56,120 bases of DNA from the IMG/VR virus record IMGVR_UViG_3300046331_000690, positions 1-56,120 of that record. The stretch is one strand, 5' to 3'. This DNA comes from a virus (Duplodnaviria > Caudoviricetes). Below the pieces are notes generated by a model. It saw only the letters and a list, made by a program, of their open reading frames with translations. It was not told the origin of the DNA and did not search any database. The position numbers and the translations under genes were made by a program. Shown here in pieces: positions 7,379-18,600 of this stretch (the first letter of the stretch is position 1; the number at the start of each line of letters is the position of its first letter).

Positions 7379-7933
7379 ATGGCCAAAAAACAATTGACCG
7401 ATTTAAAACAGGATCCGAGCAACTTTAATCAGCATTCTCAATTTGGTATGGGCCTACTGGAAAAGTCAATAAGGAAGTTTGGTTTTGTAGAAGCTGGCCT
7501 TATTAGTGAAGATGATGTTATCTGCTCAGGAAATGCCAGGCAGGAGACCGCAGTTAGTATTGGAATGGAAGATGTGCAGATAATTGATATAGATGGTAGT
7601 AAACCCGTTTATCTACGAAAAAAAGGACTAAAAAGCGGCTCACAGGAATTTAAAGAACTTGGATTGGCTTTAAATGCTGTAGGTAAAGCTAATGTGGTAT
7701 TGGATGCTGAATTGATTGAAGCCGAATTGGGGGATGCTGTTTGTGAGGAGTGGGGAATTGAAAAAGAATTAAACTATAGTAGTAAAAATAAAGAAATTGA
7801 TTTAGATGAAAATGAACGTTTTACTATTGAATTAAATTTTACTGCTGATAATTTTTTCAGCATTAAAGAGGCAATTGCTGCCAAAGGGATAACTGCTGAA
7901 TCTATTCTACTTAAAGCTTTGAATATTGACTAA
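7379..7933 (+). CDS. ParB-like N-terminal domain protein
   Basis: LKQDPSNFNQH..LEKSIRKFGF..ICSGNAR pattern; sits directly before a methyltransferase. Confidence 0.65.
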   Translation: MAKKQLTDLKQDPSNFNQHSQFGMGLLEKSIRKFGFVEAGLISEDDVICSGNARQETAVSIGMEDVQIIDIDGSKPVYLRKKGLKSGSQEFKELGLALNAVGKANVVLDAELIEAELGDAVCEEWGIEKELNYSSKNKEIDLDENERFTIELNFTADNFFSIKEAIAAKGITAESILLKALNID

Positions 7934-8984
7934 ACATAAATTTCCATATAACTGGAACTTAGCAGACGGCTATCCTGCTAAAGGAATTGAACCGAATAAT
8001 TTAAATGTATTCGGAACTTTTATTTGCGGTGGTGGCTCAACTATGGGTTATAAATTAGCAGGCTTCAATCATTTAGGCGGAGTTGAAATAGATAAAAAAG
8101 TTGCAGCAGTTTATAAACTTAATCATAATCCAAAGCACCTTTTTATTGAAGATTTAAGAGCATTTAACCAAAGAAATGATTTGCCAGATCAATTATTTGA
8201 ATTGGATATTTTAGATGGTTCTCCACCATGCAGCACTTTTTCTATGGCTGGAAATAGAGAAAAAGACTGGGGTAAAGAAAAAATGTTTAGAGAGGGGCAG
8301 GCTATGCAAACATTGGATGACCTTGTTTTTGTGTACACTGACACTATTTTAAAACTAAGGCCAAAGGTTGCAATACTTGAAAATGTTAAAGGATTGATTC
8401 AGGCAAATGCCAGAGCCTATCTGCATCAAATAAAAAACCACCTTCAACTGGCCGGATATTCAGTTCAGGTTTTTTGTCTAAATGCAGCATCTATGGGAGT
8501 ACCACAAAAAAGAGAAAGAGTATTTTTAATTGCAAGGCAAACCACCTTCAACTGGCCGGATATTCAGTTCAGGTTTTTTGAAAAACCAATATTATTTGGA
8601 GAATTATCAAAATTAAACCCAAATGGAAAATTCAAAGAAATTATTGACTCTTGCAAAGATTTATGGAAAAATGCAAAACAAGGCTGCGGTCTTAATACAG
8701 TGCATCCAAATGGAAGCTCGTTTTTTTCTAAACGAAAGGTATCAGATAAAGAAGTTTGTGGAACTTTAACAGCACATGCAGATGAGGATTTTATGCACTC
8801 AACTGAGTTTAGGTGCTTAAATGAAGATGAGTTTAAGTTTATCGGAAGTTATCCAAAAGATTATAATTTTATTAATATTAATCCTGCTTATCTAATAGGC
8901 ATGTCAGTTCCTCCCGTAATGACAGCACAAATAGCACATCAGATTTATTTGCAATGGTTTAAAACGGAGGTAGAAAATGCGTAA
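7926..8984 (+). CDS. C5-cytosine DNA methyltransferase
   Basis: FICGGG, GSPPCS, LENV, QKRER and GMSVPP motifs; TTG start. Confidence 0.9.
   Translation: MTKHKFPYNWNLADGYPAKGIEPNNLNVFGTFICGGGSTMGYKLAGFNHLGGVEIDKKVAAVYKLNHNPKHLFIEDLRAFNQRNDLPDQLFELDILDGSPPCSTFSMAGNREKDWGKEKMFREGQAMQTLDDLVFVYTDTILKLRPKVAILENVKGLIQANARAYLHQIKNHLQLAGYSVQVFCLNAASMGVPQKRERVFLIARQTTFNWPDIQFRFFEKPILFGELSKLNPNGKFKEIIDSCKDLWKNAKQGCGLNTVHPNGSSFFSKRKVSDKEVCGTLTAHADEDFMHSTEFRCLNEDEFKFIGSYPKDYNFININPAYLIGMSVPPVMTAQIAHQIYLQWFKTEVENA
8435..8580. repeat. Exact 42-bp direct repeat (8435-8476 and 8539-8580)
   Basis: AAACCACCTTCAACTGGCCGGATATTCAGTTCAGGTTTTTTG occurs twice. Confidence 0.9.
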
Positions 8985-9468
8985 ACCAGACAAACAAACC
9001 ATTATAGATTTTATCATTAGTTGCCTTGAAAAAGGAGAGCAACGTGGTAACATATTGGTAAAAACTGGTAAAAAGTGGGGAACTAGTAAATCTGCCTTTG
9101 ATAGATGGCTAAAAATAGCAAAGCAGCAGTTAACTGATAAGCAGCAGGCCATTAAAAAGGAACTGGAAGCTATTGATAAAGCAGCAGCTATTGAAGCTCG
9201 TAAAAAGGCTATAATGACCGCAGATGAAAGGAAAGAATATTTGACTAAAATCATAAATGGAGAAGTAAAATTTAAAAAGCCATTTTTTGTAAAAGGTAAA
9301 ATAATGGAATACCCTGCTGAACCGGATGTAGCTGATAGGATGAAAGCAATATCTGAATTGAACAAAATGGAGGGTGACTATGCAGAAACAGCTATTAGGT
9401 TAAAAGGAGATGCTCTTTCTCCTTTAGAAATCTTCATAAATGGCAAACCAGCAGGTGCCGGTAGTTAA
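8977..9468 (+). CDS. terS: Terminase small subunit
   Basis: N-terminal HTH, DRMKAISELNKMEG motif, and position directly upstream of TerL. Confidence 0.75.
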   Translation: MRKPDKQTIIDFIISCLEKGEQRGNILVKTGKKWGTSKSAFDRWLKIAKQQLTDKQQAIKKELEAIDKAAAIEARKKAIMTADERKEYLTKIINGEVKFKKPFFVKGKIMEYPAEPDVADRMKAISELNKMEGDYAETAIRLKGDALSPLEIFINGKPAGAGS

Positions 9469-10792
9469 TATAAATATTGACTATGACAGTGTATTTCTAC
9501 CTGTTTACAAGCCGCTCAGAAATACTGATGCCCGGTTAAAATTTGTATATGGTGGCCGGGATAGCGGTAAGAGCCGGGATAGAGCCCAACAAAAAATAAT
9601 TGATTGCCTTTCTAAAAAGTATTTCCGATGCATCCTGATTAAAAAAACTGCAAATTCAATCAAGGATAGCCAGTGGCAGTTGATAAAAGATATTTGTGAG
9701 GAATGGAATATTGATCACCTGTTCCAGTTTAATACCAGCCCATTAGAGATTAAGTGTAAAGTAAATGGAAACAAATTCATTTGCCGGGGTATGGATGATC
9801 CTGCAAAGATTAAATCTATCAATGAGCCTTCAGATGCCTGGATAGAGGAAGGCAATCAACTTACTTTAGAAGACTGGATTTATATTATAACCACTCTCCG
9901 GAGCAATAGAGGACCAGTGAGTATTGATATGACCTTCAATACTGAAACTAAGGGAGATTATGAAGACTTCTGGCTGTATAAGGAGTATTTTAGCCATACT
10001 ACAGAAAAGAGTTTTACCCATACCAAAACGATCAGCTTTGGCAATGAAAAGGTAGATCTTAAATACATTGCCGTACATAGTACCTACCATGATAATCCAC
10101 ATGTTAGCATTGAAAGAAAGGCCTATCATGAAGGTTTGCAAACCTTAAATTTTTACTGGTACCGGGTATTTACTCAAGGCCTTTGGGGAAATGAAGAAAA
10201 CAATAGTCCATGGTTATTTGCATTTGACCGGGCAAAACATGTAAGTGCTGTAGAGCTATTTGCCAAGCGATCAGAGATACTGTATATAAGTTTTGACTTT
10301 AACCGGAATCCGCATGCGTGCACCATCATTCAATGGTATGATGAAACAGTATTTATTATTGAAGTGCTTAAAATACCGAATGTAGGTACTGAGGGTATCT
10401 GTGATATTGCAAAAGAGAAATATCCTGGCTTTTTATATGTTGTGACTGGTGACTATTCCGGTGATACTGTTTCTTCCCTGTTTAAAGAGCAGGTTACCAA
10501 TTATACCATCATTAAAAAATCGCTCTCTCTTAATGATGGACAGGTAAAGATTTCACCAAACCCAAGACTGGAGAAAAACCAAACGCTTGTAAATACCATT
10601 TTTAGTAAGTATAAAATATTGATGTGCCCGGTAAAGGCAAAGCCAGCCATTTATGATGCAGAAAAAGTAAATACGAGGGCAGATGGAACAATTGTAAAAG
10701 ATGATAGAAATGATCCTACACAACAGGCCGATGTACTGGATACTCTTCGTTATTGGTTCAACCAGTTTATGGGATGGTTTATAAAAAAATAA
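9440..10792 (+). CDS. terL: Terminase large subunit (PBSX-like)
   Basis: Walker A YGGRDSGKS, Walker B WIEE, TFN coupling motif, nuclease SFDFN and D..D.LRY. Confidence 0.93.
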   Translation: MANQQVPVVNINIDYDSVFLPVYKPLRNTDARLKFVYGGRDSGKSRDRAQQKIIDCLSKKYFRCILIKKTANSIKDSQWQLIKDICEEWNIDHLFQFNTSPLEIKCKVNGNKFICRGMDDPAKIKSINEPSDAWIEEGNQLTLEDWIYIITTLRSNRGPVSIDMTFNTETKGDYEDFWLYKEYFSHTTEKSFTHTKTISFGNEKVDLKYIAVHSTYHDNPHVSIERKAYHEGLQTLNFYWYRVFTQGLWGNEENNSPWLFAFDRAKHVSAVELFAKRSEILYISFDFNRNPHACTIIQWYDETVFIIEVLKIPNVGTEGICDIAKEKYPGFLYVVTGDYSGDTVSSLFKEQVTNYTIIKKSLSLNDGQVKISPNPRLEKNQTLVNTIFSKYKILMCPVKAKPAIYDAEKVNTRADGTIVKDDRNDPTQQADVLDTLRYWFNQFMGWFIKK

Positions 10793-10817
10793 GGAGGCTG
10801 TAGAAACAACCTCCTTT
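10791..10817 (+). terminator. Possible intrinsic terminator after terL
   Basis: AAGGAGG...CCTCCTTT hairpin. Confidence 0.45.
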
Positions 10818-10863
10818 GTAAAATCAAATATCCTATGAAAAACAGGCCTCAAAAGTATAAAAA

Positions 10864-10905
10864 ATAATCTTATTGATTAAAAATTTATCAATAAGATTAT
10901 ATTTG
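10864..10905 (+). promoter_or_regulatory. Late promoter/operator A
   Basis: Perfect palindrome ATAATCTTATTGAT-N9-ATCAATAAGATTAT overlapping a TATATTTG -7 box. Confidence 0.7.
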
Positions 10906-10921
10906 TTGCAAATTATTATAC

Positions 10922-11557
10922 ATGAGCTGCGAAAATGGATGTTATGAAGCTGTTATTTCCGGTTGTAATGACATTGTAATTCGTGCCGGCTTTACTCCCA
11001 ACTATCCTATGTATTGGATAGTAAAAAAATCCAACAGCAATAATATTTACCAGAAATTAACCCAAACAACTGTTGATGGAGATTTAATCATTAACATGGA
11101 TGATTTGCCACTTGGGTATTTAACTGCCAATAGCTTTTTAAACATTCAGGTAAGAAATGGGAATAATTATCTGCAGCCTGTTTTGTTTCAGTTTGGTATT
11201 GATACTTACCAATGTGTTGTAGCTAAGTTAATAAATGTGATTAGTCCTAATGACAATAGCAGCTTTAATATAATTCAATATTCAAATTCTATGGCAATAA
11301 ATGAAAGTCTTTTCTTTTCAGTAAATGCAGATTTTACCATTGATTTAAAAGCCGGCGAAACACTGGAGTATATTTCTCTTAATAATAGTAGCACAATGAA
11401 TATTGTTGTTAGTACTACTCCAGACGGTAATGAATTGGCAGAGCAGGAAGTATTAAACCTTCAGCCGCTAGTATTGATGCATGTTGCTGCTTCTGATGAA
11501 ACAATATATGTAAAAGGCATATTGCCAAATACACTTGTAAAATTTAAAAAATCGTAA
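10922..11557 (+). CDS. Hypothetical virion-associated protein
   Basis: 211-aa ORF at the head of a late operon. Confidence 0.6.
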   Translation: MSCENGCYEAVISGCNDIVIRAGFTPNYPMYWIVKKSNSNNIYQKLTQTTVDGDLIINMDDLPLGYLTANSFLNIQVRNGNNYLQPVLFQFGIDTYQCVVAKLINVISPNDNSSFNIIQYSNSMAINESLFFSVNADFTIDLKAGETLEYISLNNSSTMNIVVSTTPDGNELAEQEVLNLQPLVLMHVAASDETIYVKGILPNTLVKFKKS

Positions 11558-13545
11558 TGAAAAAGATATTGCCAATCATAGTTTTTTTAATTACCAATCA
11601 ATGTTTTGGACAAGCTTATGTTGCAAATGCATACGAGGCTAAGAGCTACTTTAAATTGAACGGCTATAAAGTAGTTGGTATAAGTAATGACAGTCTCGAA
11701 GCAAACAAACGTTTTAACTACCTATGGACAGAATCAGCCGGTAAAAAGTTTGTAATTAGCTATGTGGCAACCCATGGTGGCAGCGGTGGCGGTCCGGCAT
11801 TTGATAGTACTTATGTTTATGCAGCAATACTGAATTGCTTAAAATACAGCGATACTTCTACCATGCTGGGAGTATACAGAACAGCCTTGAACGGAAAGCT
11901 TTCAATTGCTGCAGCAGCTGCAACGTATCAGCCTATTGGGAGCTATTTAACAGGCTCGGCGCTTACTCCATACTTGACTACAGCAATTGCAGCCAGTACT
12001 TATCAACCCATTGGTTCATATCTCACCAGCATCAACAGTAGCCAGGTTATAACGGCTCTGGGCTATACTCCTTATGATGCAAGCAATCCTACAGGTTATC
12101 TCACAACTTCCTCGATTTCTGGTAAACTAAACATATCCGACACAGCCGCAATGCTAAACTTGTACAAAACAGTCTTGGCAACTAATACGGCTAATATTGT
12201 ATTGAAGGCAAACACAAACAACCCTTCCTTCACAGGCTTAGTTAGCGCAGGCGGAGCAACAGCAGACAGCGCAATTACTACTACATCTTTGCACGTTACA
12301 ACCAATATGAGAGTAGATGGAAACGTAGGAGTTGGGCCAGTAGGCGCTTATCCATTGTCTGTAGTGGGTACAGGTGCAACATCAATACTTGGCTATTTTG
12401 AGCAACCGGGTTCTTTGGTTCCAACCTTGCAAACCTATATGAAAAATACAAGCAGCAATGTATCTACTAATGCAGTTGTAGGTGCTTTGGGCTTTGGTAA
12501 TTACTTCAATAGTTCTTATTCTCCAACTACACAAAATATTGCAGATATACAAGGGGTATATTTGGGTAGCGGCACTACACAAAGAGGTGGTATTAATTTG
12601 CGTACTCACAACGGTACAACACTTGCCACCCGATTAAATATTAATGATACAGGTATTGTAAAAATACCTTACTACGGTGCAGGAACAACTCTTGCTACGC
12701 CTGCTTATGGATTGGGTGTAAGAGCAGACGGAACGATTATAGAAATAGCAACAGGCGGTGGTAGTAGTGATAGTTCTACATTTTCAACCAATTTTAGAAG
12801 GGATAGTTTAGCAATAAATTTAAGGGCTGAAATTGCAGCAATTGCAGGGGGTGGCACAGGATGGGGTAAAATAGGAAATACCGTTACAGCAGGCTCACAA
12901 TTTTTAGGAAGCACCAATAATGTTTCTTTAAGAATTAGAGCCAATAACACTGAAAGATTGGTTATTGATAGCGTTGGTACTTCAACATTTACAGGCCCAT
13001 CTTTAACGGGTAGTGCTGCACAAGCAGCGGTAGTTATAAATCAAACATGGAATACATCTGCTAGCGTTTCGGCATTTATTGTAAATGCTACTAATACAGC
13101 CAGCGGAGGTTCGGCGTCTGTAGCAGATTTTAGGATTGGCGGTAATTCGGTGGCTATTATTAATAAAGTTGGTGCTGTTTATTTAGCACAGGCAAATGGA
13201 GCATCATTCGGTTGGAGTGGCCGCAGTCGTATTTGGTGCAATGCAGATGGTATTATTAACCTTTCAAATAACGCACAGGATAATATTACAAGGGTTAATT
13301 GGGGTAGCACCACATCAGCTTACCCTTCTATTGCACGTAATGCTGCAACACTTGAATTTAAGTTAGCAGATAACAGTGCATTTGCAGGTACACAATCTTT
13401 GTATGATAGGTTTGGAGCAGGTTCACCCGAAGGCGGGGTTACTGCACCAGTTGGGGCAGTTTATCACAGGACAGACGGTGGAGCAGGTACATCATTTTAT
13501 GTTAAAGAATCAGGCACAGGAAACACAGGCTGGATAGCAAAATAA
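11557..13545 (+). CDS. Tail-fibre-like protein with a Sec signal peptide
   Basis: MKKILPIIVFLITNQCFG|Q. Gly/Thr-rich, with AAxTYQPIGSYLT repeats and a C-terminal GSPEG.VTAPVG..Y...GNTGW fibre-type motif. Confidence 0.65.
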   Translation: MKKILPIIVFLITNQCFGQAYVANAYEAKSYFKLNGYKVVGISNDSLEANKRFNYLWTESAGKKFVISYVATHGGSGGGPAFDSTYVYAAILNCLKYSDTSTMLGVYRTALNGKLSIAAAAATYQPIGSYLTGSALTPYLTTAIAASTYQPIGSYLTSINSSQVITALGYTPYDASNPTGYLTTSSISGKLNISDTAAMLNLYKTVLATNTANIVLKANTNNPSFTGLVSAGGATADSAITTTSLHVTTNMRVDGNVGVGPVGAYPLSVVGTGATSILGYFEQPGSLVPTLQTYMKNTSSNVSTNAVVGALGFGNYFNSSYSPTTQNIADIQGVYLGSGTTQRGGINLRTHNGTTLATRLNINDTGIVKIPYYGAGTTLATPAYGLGVRADGTIIEIATGGGSSDSSTFSTNFRRDSLAINLRAEIAAIAGGGTGWGKIGNTVTAGSQFLGSTNNVSLRIRANNTERLVIDSVGTSTFTGPSLTGSAAQAAVVINQTWNTSASVSAFIVNATNTASGGSASVADFRIGGNSVAIINKVGAVYLAQANGASFGWSGRSRIWCNADGIINLSNNAQDNITRVNWGSTTSAYPSIARNAATLEFKLADNSAFAGTQSLYDRFGAGSPEGGVTAPVGAVYHRTDGGAGTSFYVKESGTGNTGWIAK

Positions 13546-13550
13546 TTTTT

Positions 13551-14393
13551 ATGAAGCAAATAATAACTATACTCATTCTATTTAACACTTGTTTTGCGCA
13601 GGTTACATTCAACTATCAAAAACCTGATACAACAAATGTTGTTGATTTTTTTGTGATAGCCGGACAAAGCAATACTGGCAGACCGCTATCAACTTATATG
13701 ACTGCACCAGAAGCTGCTTTATACGCAGGTGCAAGAAGTAAGACTTTTATATTTAATCCGTGGGTAAATACCGATACATTTCAAATTATGAATGTCGGTA
13801 CAAATTGCTATACAGAAAATGCTAATGTGTTACAATACGGCCCTGAAGCAAGTTTGTTCAAGTTGCTAGAGCAGCAAGGAAACAAAGAAAGATATGTTGT
13901 AAAAATGGGTATTGGCGGCACAAGTATGGAAGGTGTTTGGAGACCAGGCAGATTAACATTTACCAACCTTATGAAGTATACCGATACGGCGATAAGTAGG
14001 ATTGTTGCTAAAGGTAAAACACCTCGTTTTGTAGCCTTCATATTTCAGCAGGGCGAAGCAGATGCAACCTCATTAACCAATAGCGGTTTGTATTATGCCA
14101 ATATGGTAAGGTTTTGGAATAGTGCAGATAGCGCCATCAATATAATGTACAGGCGAAGGGGATTAGTAATGCTTACACCTTACAAAAAAATCATTGGCAG
14201 GATAAAGCCCAATCCACAGGTTTCATACACTTACGCATCTGTTGTAAGAGAAGCGCAAGAAAGATACTGTAAAAATTTTAATGCTGTTTTAAATGATTGT
14301 GACAGTTATCCAATGTTGGACGATGAACATTTTTCTGCAAAAGGGCAAATAACTTTTGGTACTGATATTTATAATATGATAAAAAACTATTGA
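13551..14393 (+). CDS. SGNH/SASA-type carbohydrate O-acetylesterase with a signal peptide
   Basis: AGQSN, QGEAD and DDEH motifs; signal peptide ending CFA|Q. Confidence 0.85.
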   Translation: MKQIITILILFNTCFAQVTFNYQKPDTTNVVDFFVIAGQSNTGRPLSTYMTAPEAALYAGARSKTFIFNPWVNTDTFQIMNVGTNCYTENANVLQYGPEASLFKLLEQQGNKERYVVKMGIGGTSMEGVWRPGRLTFTNLMKYTDTAISRIVAKGKTPRFVAFIFQQGEADATSLTNSGLYYANMVRFWNSADSAINIMYRRRGLVMLTPYKKIIGRIKPNPQVSYTYASVVREAQERYCKNFNAVLNDCDSYPMLDDEHFSAKGQITFGTDIYNMIKNY

Positions 14394-14408
14394 TGAAAAT
14401 ACTATTCA

Positions 14409-14708
14409 ATGATTGAATTAGCGCTTATACTATCCCTTCAAATAACAGCCATATATGTATGCTTTCAAGAAGGCATGCTGTTGGGCTGGTTGAGGATATT
14501 TTTGGCTAACTGGTTAGATAAGTACCTGGGTAGTAAGATCAGCAGGTATGTACAGAAACCAATATGGGATTGTTTGCCTTGCATGGCCAGTGTGTGGACA
14601 TTATTACTTGCATTGCGTTATATACGTGAGCCAGATATAATTATGGCACTGATATTAATTGTTTGCGGCATCAATGTACTGATAGATAAAATACTTGATT
14701 ATGAATGA
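14409..14708 (+). CDS. Small membrane protein
   Basis: Hydrophobic segments and a CLPCMASVW motif. Confidence 0.6.
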   Translation: MIELALILSLQITAIYVCFQEGMLLGWLRIFLANWLDKYLGSKISRYVQKPIWDCLPCMASVWTLLLALRYIREPDIIMALILIVCGINVLIDKILDYE

Positions 14709-14916
14709 GCTATTGGTTGCAAAAGGTTGGGTAAATTATTATAGTTGTAAAACATGTGGAGATAGAAAGTTTTATAATCATCTGGATAAGCCGGGTTATG
14801 AAATAAGGGTAAAACAAAAGAATCAAACGTTCAGTATTTTATTAAACAATATGATGGTATCCGGTCCGCATTGGGGATATCAGTTAGAAGAAAAACTTTT
14901 ATTAAATGGAATTTAA
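14701..14916 (+). CDS. Hypothetical protein
   Basis: ORF overlapping both neighbours in an operon-like way; CxxC. Confidence 0.55.
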   Translation: MNELLVAKGWVNYYSCKTCGDRKFYNHLDKPGYEIRVKQKNQTFSILLNNMMVSGPHWGYQLEEKLLLNGI

Positions 14917-15520
14917 GCTGGAAATAATAACAGGGATAAATCCTAAGCAATTCTTCCCGGATGCAAAGTATATCATTACTTATGCATTCACTATTGGTGA
15001 CAGGCATTATTTCCGCTATGATGATCCATTGAATACACCTTATGACAGGGCTTTGAAGTGCCTTGTTTATTACAAAGAGCTGGACATGAATTGCGATAGG
15101 GATTTCTTAAAAGCACATACGGCAGCTTTTGACAAAGTGCTTTCTGGAAGTAAGCTAACTATTAATGATCTGGTGACCTTAAAGCAAATGAATGAACAAT
15201 TAAAACAAAGGCTGGAACTACCTAAAGAGCCAGATTTAATGTATAAACTGGCCGCTATTGTTTTCTTTGATCAGCATGAGAACCCAATGACGTATGAATT
15301 TAAATATGGGGAGAATAAAATTCGCTTTTGGAAGAAAAATTTAAGCCTCAACGCTTTTTTTTTGCGGAAGCCATTGGTGGAATTGATACCATATTTGAGA
15401 TATGCAGGAGAAAATTTAGAACAGTTTTCAGAAATGACAGGAAAGGCAACACAAGCACATTTGGACAAACTATTGCCGCTACTATCGGCAGAACAGAAGA
15501 CGACATTATTGGGCAAATAA
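14906..15520 (+). CDS. Putative tail assembly chaperone
   Basis: Lies just before the tape measure gene and is followed by an open -1 frame to 15639. Confidence 0.5.
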   Translation: MEFKLEIITGINPKQFFPDAKYIITYAFTIGDRHYFRYDDPLNTPYDRALKCLVYYKELDMNCDRDFLKAHTAAFDKVLSGSKLTINDLVTLKQMNEQLKQRLELPKEPDLMYKLAAIVFFDQHENPMTYEFKYGENKIRFWKKNLSLNAFFLRKPLVELIPYLRYAGENLEQFSEMTGKATQAHLDKLLPLLSAEQKTTLLGK

Positions 15521-15639
15521 AAATAGTAACCGGCAGTTTAAACGCTGCAATACTTCCTCACTTAACAATCTATGAGTTTTACCAGGAGCTTGAATTTATT
15601 ATGAAGGCTGCTATAAAACAAAAGGCTAATAGAAAATAG

Positions 15640-18600
15640 ATGTCTGCAGAGAATGTTGTTATAAATTTTGTGGGAGATACCTCAGCATTACAGCCGGTAG
15701 AAAATGCGCTGGATGGAATCATTGCACAATCTGGTGAAGTTGGTACCGCCTGGACCAAAGCTTCTGCTGCAATGACAAACCAGACCAAGGAATCTGTTAC
15801 CTCTACCAATAAGCTTTCTAAAAGTATTGAGCAAATGATTGTGGCTACCAAAAGTATGGATAAGGTGGCAATAGGCGGAGCTTATAAAGAAACATTAAAA
15901 GAAATAAAAAATGAATTAGGGTTGACTAATAAAGAAATTGTAAAATTTTTAAATGATGCAAAGAAGCTGGTAGAAATTCAAGTAGGTGACCCTAATACAT
16001 TAGAAGATATCGATCAGATGAAATTAGGTATTGAGGTTATTAATCAACAGCTTTTGGAATTAGGTAATTTTGAAGGAGGTACACTTTTAGAATTTATTAA
16101 ATCGCTTAAAAATCAATTGCTTGGCTTAAAAGCTGCTGGTAAAGAAAATACTTCTGAATTTACTAATCTTAGAGAAGAGATAGTAAGATTACAAAATGAA
16201 TATAATAACACTAATAAGGAACTAAAGAACCTTGGAAGTGATACAAAAGGAATTGATGGTGTTATTTCTCTTGCTGGTGGAGTTGCTAGTGGCTTTGCAG
16301 TAGCACAGGGAGCAGCTGCTTTGTTTGGTGATGAAAATGAGGAAGTACAAAAGGCATTGCTAAAAGTAAATGCTGCCATGAGTTTTTTACAGGGTTTACA
16401 AGGAATTCAAAATGTATTGCAAAAAGAAAGTGCAGCTTCGCTATTATTTGCATCAGGCGCACGTACCACACAAACAGCGGCAGTAGTAGCAGAGACAGTA
16501 GCAGAAGGTGCTAATGTAGTAGCTACAGAAGCTGCTACGGTTGCTCAGGTAGAATTAAATACAGCCATGTCTCTTAATCCGGTTGGTTTACTGATAGTTG
16601 GAATATTGGCTGCTGTAGCTGCTTTTTCTGCTTTTGGAGATGAAGTAGAAAGTAGTGTTGACAGAATAGAACGTTTACAGAAAAAAGCAGAGGATGTATA
16701 TACCGCTTTACAAAATTTAAGTAAGGTAAACCAGTTTGCAGTTGACAGAGAGGTAGAAATTACTAAGAATAAAGAATTGGTAAATGTATTGGAAGCCCAA
16801 AATACATCCATTCAAAATATCAATCAACAAAAGAAGATTGGTATTGGTTTAGAAAATGACAAGCTTAAAGATGAGTTAAGCAATATTGAATCGGTAAAGG
16901 ATATATCAGAAGATAAAAATCAATTTGTAGAAAGGGAATTGGCTATAAAATCACAGATATACTCCAATGATCAGGCTCAACTTGTATTAGATATTGAAAC
17001 CAATAAGGTATTAGCTGAGAGAGCGCTTAAATCCAATTCGGCAAATGCAGATGCAGAAGTTGCTAAGAGGAAATTAGCAATTATTCAAAATCAGATAGAT
17101 AGTATTGCCTCCATAAAAGCAATCAGTGATGCTGAAATTGAAGCAATTAAAAGAAAAAAACAAGAGGATCTTAATCCAGCCAATCAACTGACTGCAGGTG
17201 AAATAGCCAAAGTAAATGCAGATGCTAATTTAGCTATAGCCGAAAATAGAAAAGCTCTTTCTCAAAAACTATTAGAAATTGATACTGCCGGTATAGAAGC
17301 CAAAGTATTGCTTGCAAAAAAGGGTAGTGAGGATGAATACCAGGCAAGGCTTCTGTTTTTGCAAAATGAGCAACAAACTTTATTAGCTGCTACTAAGGTT
17401 ACAAAAAATGACAAGCTAAAAATAGAAGCTGATTTTTATGTAAAAAAGAAAGCGCTGGATCAGGAATTTGCAGTTAAAAAACTAGAGAATGAGATCAGTT
17501 ATTTTGATGCAAATATTGCTGAGTTTGGATTGTCTGAAAATAGAAAATTGGAGCTTACAATTAGAAGGCTTGATAAACAGCGTGATCTTGAAATATTGCA
17601 AGCAGAAGATAATGCTGCTAAAATAGCGGAGATTAATGCTAAGTATGATTTACAAAATATCGAAGCAAATAAAGCTTCTATTGCAAATGTATTGGCTGAT
17701 AATTTAAAAACTGTTGATGCATTTAGCGGAATCTCCAATGCTGCCAATGAGAAAATATTAACTCAGGATAAATCAACATTTGACCAACGAGTGGCTGCAA
17801 GTAAACAGTTATTATCCAATAAATTACTTAGTCTTGATTTAGAAGCATCTGCCGAAAAGAAAAAACTTGCTGTTGGATTAGAAGCTGCTGGAGATGATAT
17901 TAATAAGCGATTGTTTGCACAACATGAGTATGATGTTGCTGTTCAGTTAATCAATAATCAACGTTCAGCTGCTGCCATCAAAAGTGAGGAAGAAACTACT
18001 GCTGCAACATTGAAGGAAATTGAAAAGAGAACCGTCAGTCTTCAAAATGTTTTTTCTATCGTTCAAAAAGGTTTGCAGGCTACATTGGGAAATTCTCCAT
18101 TAACTACAGCTTTAACTGATTTGCAAAACTTTGGTGTACAGGCACAAGATGTATTTGCAAAAATAAAAGCAGGTACCATTACTTCTGCTGAAGGATTTAA
18201 ACAACTGGCCGGATCTGCCATTGCTTCTATGCAAGAAATTACCAATCAGCTTTTTGCAGATAACAGTGCCCAAAGAGCAGCTACATTACAGGATACTCTT
18301 TCGATATTGGATGAGCAGAAAAATAAAGAGCTTAGTAATAAGAATTTGACAGAGCAACAAAAGGCTGAGATAGATAAAAAGTATAAAGACAAGGAACGGC
18401 AGGAGAAAATAAAAGCATTTGAGGCAGAGAAAGGAGCTAAAAAAGAACAGGCAATAATAAATGGATTATTGGCTGTTACCAATGTATGGGCACAAAATGC
18501 AGGTAACCCAATTTTAGCAGCTATCCTTACTGCTTTGACTGTAACTACTACTGCTATTCAGGTTGCTAAAATTTCAGCAGCTAAAACTCCTAAATTCTTT

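Noticed and set aside
8435-8580. Diversity-generating retroelement TR/VR pair
   Set aside because: The copies are identical with no A-specific mismatches, and no reverse transcriptase is seen in the genome.
15328-15520. Independent 103-aa gene starting at 15328
   Set aside because: It mostly overlaps the chaperone gene; only the 3' part looks coding, possibly via a frameshift.
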